64,000 bases of DNA, from positions 49,788,001-49,852,000 of the forward strand of contig NC_045707.1 of NCBI RefSeq assembly GCF_009834535.1. The letters are read 5' to 3'. This document shows, in pieces, positions 12,406 through 23,385 of this stretch. A program made the translations under genes and the position numbers. Every line of letters starts with the position of its first letter. Within the stretch, counting starts at the first letter, position 1. The notes under the pieces are model-generated. The model was not told the origin of the DNA and did no database searches. It was given only the letters and a program-made list of their open reading frames with translations. The DNA comes from Camelus ferus. Lineage: Eukaryota.

Positions 12406-14363
12406 TCTATAAGCACCTATCATGTAGGTACTTAATACATTTTTGTTGACCTAATGAATAAATGTCTGTCCCAAAACTTGAGGTGTCATCTCTGTGGGGT
12501 GGATTTCCAGATTTATATAACTCAAAGAGATTTGATTTCAAATTTCCCCAGGTCTGTCTAAATGTTGATCTCTGTATACTAATTATTTGGGCTGTGCATC
12601 TTGCATCTTTATATTCTCCAGGATCATTAACATATTATCTTAGACATAGTGAATGTTTACTAGAAGTCTAGTAAGTGAATAAATGACTGAATACCACAGT
12701 CATGAGTGTTGGGCCTCCCCCTGCCTCAAAACCCAACCCCACATGTTTCAGCACCGCCTACATAGTCCTGAATCCACCAGCATGCATGAAAGCTGAGATG
12801 TTCTGAGTAGGAAGGGTGCCAGTTAGAAAACACCCAGAACCATTCTTTTTAATATTATAAAAACCAAAGTTTAACATGACATATTGATAGCCTTACTTTA
12901 AGATGCCAGAGCTTTGAGGGCCAGCAGATGGAAAAGATGGAAAGCCAGGAATAATCAAGTCAGTATACTTCCATTGGGAATTGGGGATTAAAAAACACAA
13001 GTTCCAGGAGTTCTAACTGCCCAAGAATCTACCAGGCCTCTTGAGAGAAGAATCAAGATGGAAAGCCTAGGAAACCATAATTAACTCTTTCTCAGCCAAA
13101 AAGAAAAGGGAAGATGAACCACCACCCTCCCCAAAGTAGGAAAAAGGTCAAGATGTTTAGAATCCATCCTGTGATCCCTGCTAATAGTGGCGAGGAAGAA
13201 AACTTTTTAGAAAGACATAGGATTACATCACTCAAATTTACTTCCTCTCAAATCCTAGGAAATGCTCCAGATTCTTTGGCAAAAGTGCCTGTAAATCACA
13301 GTCAGGCTAACTCTGGGATCATAGAACAGAGGTGGGCTCCCCTCCACACCTCTGAGAGAAAGGAAGGGGTAACAGCTGCAGTGAGAGGCCAGGTGGGTGG
13401 GCCAGAGCCAGGCGCAGAGTGGAGAATGAGAGTTGGCCACAGGAACAAATCTTTAATGGCCACTGTGGAGAGGGCACGAGCAAGGGGGTGTGGAAAGGCT
13501 GAGAAGTCCAGGGGCTGAACCAGGTGGAACCCTGGAAGCCCTTATTTATCCCTCTTGCCTCCAGGGGTATTATTCCAAGGAAAGAATAAGCATAATTGAT
13601 CAACTCAATTGAATTGTCTCTTCTTCAAATTAAACTTTCAGCCCCAAAATGGGTCATAGAAGGTCTGTGCATCCTAACTCATAGATACTCTGTCTTTCAA
13701 AATTTCACACTGGTTGAATGTTTTTTCATCAAACTGTAAGTTCAACCTCTCCATATGATTAGATCTGAAAAGTTGAAACTGACTTCTGATGGCTGTGGAA
13801 CAAAGTGATACATCTCCTTCATGTCCCGGACCCTGTTCCTCATCCAGTGCCTCTATTTTTAAAAGCTTCTCTTGTGACATCCAGATGAAAAGTTGTAGGA
13901 TTTGTGGGGGGTTAAAGAGTAGGATACTGTGTGGTGGTAGAAAAATGTTTTGACTCTTCTTAGCTTCTTCAACTGGCCTCAGCCCAGACTCACAAGCAAC
14001 ACACAAGATTTGGAACTTGCACACCATGAAAACACAGATCAAAAATTAATCCAGTGTCTCCTTCTTTCATCTAGTTCAAACTTTCTGAAAGATTGCCACA
14101 TCTTCTCACCTAGCATTTGGTGGTGCATCTTCTAATTGCCTACCAAAATCTCTGTGAGACACTTTTTCCCTAGTGTTTTTCCTTTAGCCCTGAGAAGAGC
14201 ACCCTAAGTGTCAGAGAAAACATCAACCAGGCCCACGTGCCTCCCAGGGAAGGAAATCAGACTCCAGAGTAATGTGAAGCAGAGAGATGCCTTATCATGT
14301 GTTGCAGGATTTTAAAAAAAAATGTGAAATTCAGTTTTACTCAATAATTGAATTCCACACCAC

Positions 14364-14413
14364 ACTCCTTTGGGGTCTTTGATGATGAACTCCTTTGGGG
14401 TCTTTGATGATGA
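14364..14413 (+). repeat. Perfect 25-bp tandem duplication
   Basis: ACTCCTTTGGGGTCTTTGATGATGA x2. Confidence 0.97.
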
Positions 14414-14624
14414 AGAATTTGTCTTAATTTCTAAAGGCTGAAGGAAAATACTGAAAGAGATTAGAGATTAGGGAAGTTACTAAGAGTTAGGTGGGATGGC
14501 AACAGAAAAAAAAAAGAGGTAAAGGGTCCAAACTGACAATTTAGAAAAAATGTTTTCAAAAGGTGTATCTGATTAGCCATCTGTTGAAATTTGCATTAGC
14601 CTACAATATAAATGTTGTTATGAA

Positions 14625-14846
14625 TGATGGGGTTGGGGGAGTCACGATTAGTTGCCTTTCCAAGAGCCATTCTTTTTTCTTTTTGTTTAAAGAATCCTGG
14701 TTTTATGGCCAGTTTTAGGGGATGAATCATAGTCTAAACCAGAGGTTTTCATAAAAAACCAGGTAATAAATATTTTAGGCTTTGCAGACCATGTGATTTC
14801 TGTCACAACCAATCAGCTTTGCCATTGTTGCATAAAACAGCCATAG

Positions 14847-14912
<66 letters not shown>

Positions 14913-14913
14913 T

Positions 14914-14964
<51 letters not shown>

Positions 14965-15497
14965 TGTGTGTGGCTATGTTCCAATAAAACTTTATTCACA
15001 AAAACAGGCATTGCTGGGTTTGGTCCAGGACCATAGTTTGTCAACCCCTGGTCTAAGGCAATCAGGCAACTCCAATCCCTTTGACAGTGACTGATCTAGC
15101 CATAGATAGGTGACCTAGTTCTGCTGGGTATGAAATAAGAGGAAGTCAGGAGGTTTCTGATAAAGAGTTTCTTTCATGATAAAAGAGAGAGGATATGAGA
15201 AGGAGATATTTTGATCCCCTCCCTCTCTTTTTCCTTTGAACACTTGTTTGAGGATGTGATGCTTGAAGCTGTGGCAGCCATCTTGTCCTCATGAGGTTCT
15301 AAGGTGGAAAACAAAAGCCGACAGGCTGAGAGTGGTGGAATGGCAAAATGGAAAGAGCTGGGATCCTCATTGAATCACTGCACTACCACTTAACTCCAAA
15401 TTTCTTGTTAGGAAAACAGTAAATATCCTGATGCTTAACTCATTGTGTATCTGGTTTTCTGTTACTTGTGACTGAAAGCATTCCTAATTAATATACA
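14625..15497 (+). mobile_element. Old MLT1 (MaLR) LTR split by a MER58 insertion
   Basis: GCTGTGGCAGCCATCTTG...GGTTTTCTGTTACTTGTGACTGAAAGCATTCCTAATTAATATACA is an MLT1 3' end; the 5' boundary is approximate. Confidence 0.75.
14740..15050 (+). mobile_element. MER58A-like hAT MITE containing (TA)n(CA)n(TA)n microsatellite (~14851-14961)
   Basis: TAAATATTTTAGGCTTTGCAGACCAT...GTTCCAATAAAACTTTATT...TAGTTTGTCAACCCCTG; 8-bp TSD-like GTCTAAAC / GTCTAAGG. Confidence 0.88.
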
Positions 15498-16059
15498 GAG
15501 AAGCTCAAAATGTGAATGAAATGGTTTTAATGATACCTTTAAATTCCTCTGAATATCTTGGGATATTTTCTGCCATAGCATGGAGGATGGGCTCATATAA
15601 AATGAAAACAAGGACTACCAAAAAATGTACAGAATTTCCACCGTAGAAGGTGTGGAGATTACACCTGTGCTACCCAGTGCTGCTGTAGAGGAACCACCGT
15701 GCCTATAAGAGAGATCATTTTCACGTATGAAGTCATTTTAGGTCAGGTTTTGTTAACAAGGAAGAAGAGAGGTTGGAGTAGATATGAGTAAAAGCAACTA
15801 ACAATGACAGGTCACATCAATACAGTTACTGAAATTATTATTGATCATCCTGAACTGTCAAATGAATAGGTGGTTTGTGTTTAAGAATGCAGAGAAGTCC
15901 ACAGACTATTGTAAAAGTTTGTTGTGTAATTAAACCGAAAAGAGTTTTATATTCTTCAGAAAGCTCAGCATACATGTACTCATGTCCCCAGACCTTATAT
16001 TCATTCAATAGAAATTTGCTCATAGACTTACAGTATTTTTTCAGCCCCTTCAGTGGCCT

Positions 16060-16448
16060 TTCTTTGTGACCTCTGGATGTTTGCACATGCTGTTTCCTCT
16101 AAATGGAATATTCTCCCTTCTGGTCCCACCTTCCCATTTCTGTCGGGCTGCCTCTAAGTAACTCATCTTTCTGGTCTCAGACTAAATGTTAGTGCCTCAG
16201 GAAAACCTTCTTCTAACCCCATGTAATTACATTATATATTTTCACGGCTGCCTGGCATCCACCTATCATTAGGCCCATAGTACTTTACTGTAATTACTTC
16301 CTTTATTATCCATCTCCCTCAGTATATTATATGCCCTGTAACGTCTAAGATCATGTCTGGTTTGTACAGCAGGATCTAGCAGACTGCCTGCCACATGTTT
16401 AATATATACTTGTTGAAGAAGTGATTGCATAAATAAATGAATTAATGG
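16060..16448 (+). mobile_element. L2 3' end
   Basis: TTTGCACATGCTGTTTCCTCT...TGCCTGCCACATG...AATATATACTTGTTGAA...ATAAATGAAT. Confidence 0.75.
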
Positions 16449-16499
16449 AATACCATGTAAGCTGGGAAAAAAGAAAATTGAAGACAGACCTAACATAAA

Positions 16500-17040
16500 T
16501 GATGAATACTACAATGTGGCTAAGGCAGCTACAGTAGCACGAACAAGATGCTCTGGGATACAGAACAGGTGAGTTTAACATGTGTCTTGAAAAATGTGTT
16601 CACCAGGTTGTGAAGATGGGTTAAGGGCATTTCAGGCAGAAGAGACAGTAGTAGCAAAAGACTAATAAAATCCTGACTCAAGGTAATTGTGGTTGGAGAG
16701 GGTGATTGGAAACTCAGATATATTTTAAAAGTAGAATCAGCAAGATTTGTTGAGAGATTGGCTGTGAATGTTGAGGAAGCAGGTGTCCAAGATGACTTCC
16801 ACATTTCTACCTTAGACAACTAGCGTGGTGATAATACCATTTATTGTGTAGGGATTAAAAGAGAAGTAAATGTTTAGGAAGCCAAGAAAGTTATCTAAAC
16901 TCAAGAGAAACAGAATTTTAGAGTTTGGGGAAACTTTTTGAGTATAGGTGATAAGATGTCAGAAGTTTGCAATGGAAAGCAGTTGGGGGAATCAATGGAG
17001 CATAGAAGATAGTTGAAAACAGGGGCCCAAATGAGACCAA
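16500..17040 (-). mobile_element. L2 fragment
   Basis: AGATATATTTTAAAAGTAGAATCAGCAAGATTTGTTGA...GTCCAAGATGACTTCCACATTTCT is reverse L2. Confidence 0.7.
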
Positions 17041-17699
17041 GCTCAACTGAATGCACATCTGCAAAAGTCGTGGCATGATTGTAAAGTAACATTTGCTTCT
17101 TAGAAAAAAAAAACAAAAACAACATCATTAAACATCCAAAAGAATGATGCTTCCTTCAATGGAGTCGTATCAGGAGGCCCTGCACTCGGGCTGACTCTAC
17201 CGCTACTACAGCTAAAAAAATATTTTCAACACTCCTTTTGGGGTCCTTTTCCTTTAAAAAGTGAAAGGGGTTTTTTGTTTTTTTTAATATTCTCAGTAAT
17301 GGCAAATCTTCATTGTTTCAGGATAAATATGAGGCAGGGTGGCAGGGGGAGCAAAAACATTTCAGGGATAAGTCTAATGAATAAGGAAAATGAATGATCA
17401 TGCTATATAAGGTCATTTTAGCTCAAAAAAGAGTAGAAGCAATAGCAAGAAAGATTTTCTTATATGACTTATAACTGAATCTTAAAGCAATTTTAATTCC
17501 ATAAATATTTCTGTAGTGTCTGTGGGCTAGGCGCTGTGCTCTTATATGCACAATAGTGAAAAGGAAGCTGCCGACGTGTTTTGAGCAATAGCATTTGAAT
17601 AAGCATCGTTCAAATAAATACTCATTTTCCCCAGCTGACTCCTTTAGAAAGACATATTATTTAAAGAAGTACTATATCTGCTTCGCTTCCACGGGGTTG

Positions 17700-18192
17700 G
17701 GCCAAATGCCTCTTTATTGTGCTTCCAAAGATCTACGTGCTTATCTCTTTGATAGCATATACATATGACGTTGTTGTTATCTCTACATGTCTGTTTGCCT
17801 CACATTATGATTATCTTATTCAGCACTTAGCACAGTGCCTGACATGGAGTAGTGGTTAATAATTACTTGTTCATTGAATACGTAGGTAGATTAATGAGTG
17901 AGTGAGTAAATGCATAATTTTTAAACTTCAATCAAATTTCCACTCAAATGCCTTAAAGAAGCCTTTCCCCAATCAGCCAATCTAAATATCCACTTAAACC
18001 TACCCCTGTCAGTCTCTGAGCTTTTGTTTGTTTTATTTTTCTCCTTCTGTAGATCTGACATTGTGTATATACTGCCTGTTTTTTATTGTCTGTCTCACTT
18101 AGTAGAATGTGATCTTCCTGAGAACAGTGGCCTTGCCACGCAGTTGTACCTAGAACGGTTGCCGGCACAGTAGTTTATTTTTAAATAAATAA
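17700..18192 (+). mobile_element. Two L2 3'-terminal fragments
   Basis: CAGCACTTAGCACAGTGCCTGACATGGAGTAG (17821) and TGTACCTAGAACGGTTGCCGGCACAGTAG (18145). Confidence 0.7.
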
Positions 18193-18199
18193 ATCCATG

Positions 18200-18695
18200 T
18201 TTCCATTATATGTTGCTATGTAATAAAATATCCTAAAACGTAGTGGCTTAAACCAGCAACTTTTATTATATCTCATGATGCAGCTCTGGAATTAGAGCAA
18301 GGCTCAGCTAGGAGATTCTTCTGGGATCTGAGGACCTTCAGTGATATTCAGCTGGTGGGATGGACTAGTCTGGAGGAATCGAGATAGCTTCACTTACCCT
18401 TCTGCCTCTTTGGCAGAGATGACTACAGGACTGGCCTCATGACCAGACTGCGTGCACATGACCTGTCCAACATGCTTGTCTCAAGGCGGTCAGTTTTCTG
18501 AGGCGGTGGTTGAGAGCCTCCAAAGTGAGCGTTCACACAGGTTAGGCAGAAGATGTAAGACTTCCTGTTAAACAGCTTCAGAAGCCCCATTCTGCCATAT
18601 TCTGTTCATCAAGCGAGTCACTAAGTCTAGCCTATATTCAAGAGCAGGAGAATCAGACTTCATCTCTCAAAGGGAGGAGTAGCAAATCTTACACA
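18200..18695 (-). mobile_element. MLT1 (MaLR) LTR
   Basis: GTTGCTATGTAATAAAATATCCTAAAACGTAGTGGCTTAAA...GGCTCAGCTAGG...GTCACTAAGTCTAGCCTATATTCAAG. Confidence 0.82.
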
Positions 18696-18864
18696 TTGCA
18701 TGAAAGGAGAAAAATGAATATGTAAAATTGGGTAGGGATCAAAAATAAAACACTGATTGCTAGATGAGCCAGACATAACTAACCAAGAGAAAAGAAATTA
18801 CAACACAGACTTTATTGTCTATTCACAAAGAGTCCAGTTTTTATAGAGAAATCAAACTCCTGGA

Positions 18865-19105
18865 AAATAGTATCCATTAAACATGCTCTATGCATCAGCC
18901 TCTCTAGTGAGTGCTTTATATGTGTTGTCTCATTTAGTCCTCACAAACCACACTATTGAGTGGATATTATTGTCATTATCCTCTTTAACAGATGAAGAAA
19001 CTGAGGCACAGGGACAGTAAGTACTTTCCCAAGAACACATAATTGGTGAGTGACAGGAACCCAGGTACTTCAACCCCAGAGCCCACGTTCTTATCCATCA
19101 AACTA
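18865..19105 (-). mobile_element. MIR SINE
   Basis: CTCATTTAGTCCTCACAA...ACAGATGAAGAAACTGAGGCACAG...TTCCCAAGAACACA. Confidence 0.88.
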
Positions 19106-19189
19106 CAGGGCTCTCAAGGGAAGGATCATAGTTTATCGCAAGGCTGATATTTCTCCCTAAAAGTGAGCAGGAAGGGCCTATTTAAAGAA

Positions 19190-19410
19190 AGTGAAAAGAA
19201 CGTGAGTTTTAGAATCAGCTCTTTGTCATAACCCTGGCTCTTCCTAGTCATAACTGTGCAACCGTAGGCAAGTTATTTCATCTTAATTACTCATCTCTAA
19301 AATAAGGGGCATAATATCTAGTTTGTAAGATGCAGTGATGATGAACGTGAGTATTATAGAGTGCCTAGAATAGAGCCATCACTTAGAAAGCCTTAAAAAC
19401 TGTTACTTCC
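19190..19410 (+). mobile_element. MIR SINE
   Basis: TTTAGAATCAG...ACTGTGCAACCGTAGGCAAGTTATTT...CTCATCTCTAAAATAAGG. Confidence 0.75.
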
Positions 19411-20149
19411 TTTCTCAGATACATAATGAGTGCCCTACTTATAGGGAGAATCAATCCCACTGCGTGTCACAATTTCTTCAGAATTTTTCCTGGCATAATT
19501 AAATATTTATACTGAGAAGGGGAAAAAAAAGATGCTCCAGAAATTTAAGTTTATCTATCTCCCTTTGCCAGTTCAGTTTCTGCCCTATCTAGTGTCGACA
19601 ATAGAATGAATTCTTCTAACAAAAGCAAGGTTACCACTGACAAAGTAGTGGGGGGTTGTCAACATAATTTTTCATTGGTAATAGAAATAGTTTTAGAAAA
19701 GGCTTACTTTTTAGTTAGAATTAGAATGACCTATAAAATAATACTTTGAAGAAAAATGCTCTAGATTTAGTATCTAATTCTATGTTCTACTAAGTATCAT
19801 AGGGGGAGAAATGGCAATATTAGAATATCAGCATTTCTAACTTTCACAATCTTATCCCTATGATGAGCATGAATATTTTATTACCAGTAGTATATAGTCA
19901 TGGTTTTATAAGAGCGTTTCCTTTTCTACAGCTAAAAGCACAAGATTGGTACTTGGCCACTTATAATTGTTGTGTATAATAATGTACACTACTATTTTAA
20001 GTCTTAAATTAGCTACTTGCCTGACAGATAACAAAGAATATCGATTGCATTTACCATACTCAATTCTGTACTCTCTGAAAAAGGATAAGAAATAAAATTG
20101 AGAGCAGACATGCAGCCCAAGTGTATGGAACATAAGTGCACCATTAGAC

Positions 20150-20345
20150 CAAGGAAGATGTAGGACAGCTTTCAGGGAGCTTAGGGAAAAGCTTGTAACT
20201 CTTCGAAGAGGAAGGAGGAAAAAGTAGTTACAAGTCAAGTACATAAGGCCTAGACAAATCCATGACCAGATGGAAACATTCTTGAATTCTACTGCTGCTG
20301 TGTTTACAAGCACCTCATTTGAAGACCAGAATTGTTCCCTAGCAT
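20150..20345 (+). mobile_element. Possible ancient LINE (RTE-X/L4-like) ORF2 C-terminal relic; also at ~49045-49235
   Basis: Hand translation RTAFRELR...GR...METF, then in a shifted frame EFYCCCVYKHLI*RPELF. This resembles the R-A--KLR...GR...E--HFL--C--Y---R--LF C-terminal motif of such LINEs. Confidence 0.35.
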
Positions 20346-22427
20346 ATATGTTATCATGCCAATTACAAAATCAGAGTACGGATCTTAGAGCAGGAGGACC
20401 ACTCTAAAGCAATAGGATATGATAATTACAGAAGAAAAATAGGTGGGGAAAGTCTGATTGTTCCAATCTTAAAAGTTATGAAGCTATGTGTAAAACTTGT
20501 AAAAAGTGAGGAAGCACAGGGATGCTGAAGAGAACAGACTTCAGAGGGAACATAAAGGAGGCTGCCTAGATTTTGAGAAAGCAGTCTCCGAGCATGAGAT
20601 TGTGCTGTTGGCACAGCAATCACACAAGTGACTGAAAATTGTTAAAGTTTTTTTATGGCCAATGACTTACAAAGGAGGCACAAATCTCTGTTAATTGTAT
20701 AAGCGCATTGCTAAAAGCCTCCTATGAATTAAGCAGGGGAGACCAGTTAAAGGGGTAATGGTTTACTCTTTGCCTATTAAGTGACTATCACCAAGTTTGG
20801 CAGCCAAACAAGAAAATAAAGATCAAAAGAAAGTGGACTTTTTAATCATGGATGGTTTTCAAACTCTGTAAAACTCTATGCCTCTTTAGCGTCACGGAAA
20901 ATTTTACATATTATTGCACTTAGGATTTTAATGATTAGCACACACTTTAAATGAGATACAGTGGAAAAGTGACAGCGGGGCAAGTATGAACGGCACATGC
21001 TTATCAGTGCCCTGAGTCATCATTGTGGCAAGAAAATGACCAAGCTGATTGCTACACATCCTGTGTCTTTTTTTTTTTTTTTTAAGGGGCAAGAAGAGAG
21101 ATCCTGTATGCACAATGGAAAATAATGAATGGCAACTCAGGTGTTACACTGGGAAGTTTTGGAAAGAAAGTGTTATACATATAAATTTGGTCAGCTCCTT
21201 CGGTGTCCGATGATTTGAGACCCACTCAAAAGGATGCCTGCTCTCTAACCAAAAATACGTCTCTCACTTATTGAGGTGTCTACAATTAACACCATCCTTC
21301 ATCAGTTTGGATTTATAGATGGAAAGGAAGACCCTAGCTCTATTGAGGAAAGAGATAAAGAACCCTGAACAGCATGAAGGTGCTTTGTATTCAAAAGAAG
21401 ACACAGAAAGGGCAGCAGAGAGGAAATGGAAGGGCCTCATAAATAGTTCTTCCTAATGCTGTCCAAGAATTTGGTCCAAATGGAATGAGTGATACTTTCT
21501 ATCCTTTTACCTTACTCACTGAATTGGCCATTTTGGCCTCAATTATTCTTGCTGCTTACTAAGTTGTGTTTTGTGTATTTATTATGAAGTCTTTGTTTCT
21601 TTTTGAAAAGTAATTTTGCCATTTGTCGCCTTTCCTGATCGATTCCTTTCCAGTCACCATTAATGACTATTGATTGTGACAACTTTCAGCTTCAGATGGA
21701 GTAACTGCCTTAGTATAGAGAGATTTTTTTATATCCAATCCAAATATATTTTTACCTAAATCTCTCAAATATGTTTCAGATAGAGTGTTTATAGGAACTA
21801 TATGCATACACTGTAGAAACCTTTGTATATATCTTAAGACACTTGCTCTGTCTAGACAGTTACCCTTATCTAGATGAGGAATTATCTATATGATTATTGG
21901 AAAATTACTATGGGCTTGTATAAGTTACTGAAGAAATTTAGGAAAGCCTATAGATTTCACATCTAGAGAATCTGTTCATTTATCATAATTCTCAGGAGCC
22001 TCGTTGTGCAGTAGGTAGCACCTCAGTCTCATAATTCTCAGATAGTTTAACTTTTCAGTGAAGAGAACTTTTTTTAGAGTTATAAGGGTTAGAGGTCATG
22101 GAATTCTAAACATCTATTCAATGCAAAAGTCTCTGACAGCTAATAATGCAGATTTTGCATGTCATTTCCAGAGGTGAGGAACTCACTACTTTGTAAGCAT
22201 AACATTCCATGCCTAATTGAGGATGAGTTTGAATCCTTCCTTTCCGTTATCCTTCTACTCCTCCAATTCAGTTTATCTCAGAGTCCTATAGAGTAAGTCC
22301 TCAATATTTTCTCTCATCTCCATCCCCTTCATTACTCCCCTTTTTATGTCCTCATCACTTCCAACTGCATTACTGAAATAGCCCAGTCTTCCCAGAGAGT
22401 TCTCCCCACCCCTTGCAACCATTAATT

Positions 22428-23385
22428 CATTAATTCACTTTTTTTCTGATCTTATTACCTTTAATGACTTTTTATTGAAGCATAATTGATTTGCAATATT
22501 GTGCTAGTTTCTGGTGTACAGCATAGTGATTCAGTGTTATATTATATATATATATATTCTTTTTCAGACTCTTTTCCATGATAGTTTATTATAAGATGTT
22601 GAATATAGTTCCTTGTGCTATACAGTAGGTTCTTGTAGTTTATCTATTTTGTATATAGTAGTTTGTACCTGCTAATCCCAAACTCCTAATTTTTTCCTTC
22701 CCAACCTTTCCCCTTTGGTAACCATACGCTTGTTTTTTATGTCTAAGAGTCTCTGTTTTGTAAATAAGTTTATTTGTACCATTTTTTAAATTCCACATAT
22801 AAGTGATACATGATATTTGTCCTTCTCTGTCTGATATTATTCACTTAGTATGATGATCTATAGGTCCATCCAGGTTACTGCAAATGGCATTATTTCATTC
22901 TTTTTTATGGCTGAATAGTGTGTGTGTGTATATATATATATATCTCACAACTTCTTTATCCAATCATCTGTCGATGGACGTTTAGGTTCCTTCCATGTCT
23001 GGGCTATTGTAAGTAGTGCTGCTATGAACATTGGGATGCATGCATCTTTTTGAATTAGAGTTTTCTCTGTATATGTGCCTAGGAGCAGTATTGCTGGATC
23101 ATATGGTAAGCCTATTTTTAGTTTTTTAAGAAATCTCTATACTGTTTTCCATAGTGGCTGCACCAAATTACATTCTTACCAACAATACAGGAGGGCTCCC
23201 CTTTCTCCACACCGTCTCCAGCATTGATTGTTTGTGGACATTTTAATGGTGGTGTGTGATGATACCTCATTGTAGTGTTGATTTGCTTTACATTTCTCTA
23301 ATAATTAGCAATGTTGAGCATCTTTTCATGTGCCTGTTGGCCACGTGTATGTCTTCTTTGGAGAACTGTCTATTTAGGTCTTCTG
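22428..23385 (-). mobile_element. 5'-truncated L1 with 13-bp TSD (copy 1)
   Basis: Reverse L1 3'UTR/ORF2 end; GCAACCATTAATT at 22415-22427 and 23386-23398. Confidence 0.95.

Noticed and set aside
13114..14135. Cluster of 60-134 aa ORFs in moderately GC-rich sequence
   Set aside because: No recognisable domain or consistent exon structure; possibly an old LTR-element remnant that I cannot name.
14775..15094. ORFs with YIYIYI runs (also 625-846)
   Set aside because: Translations of (TA)n and (TAAA)n microsatellites.
17080..17620. Possible mariner-like (MARNA-type) relic
   Set aside because: Only vague resemblance; no TIRs or TSD could be established by eye.
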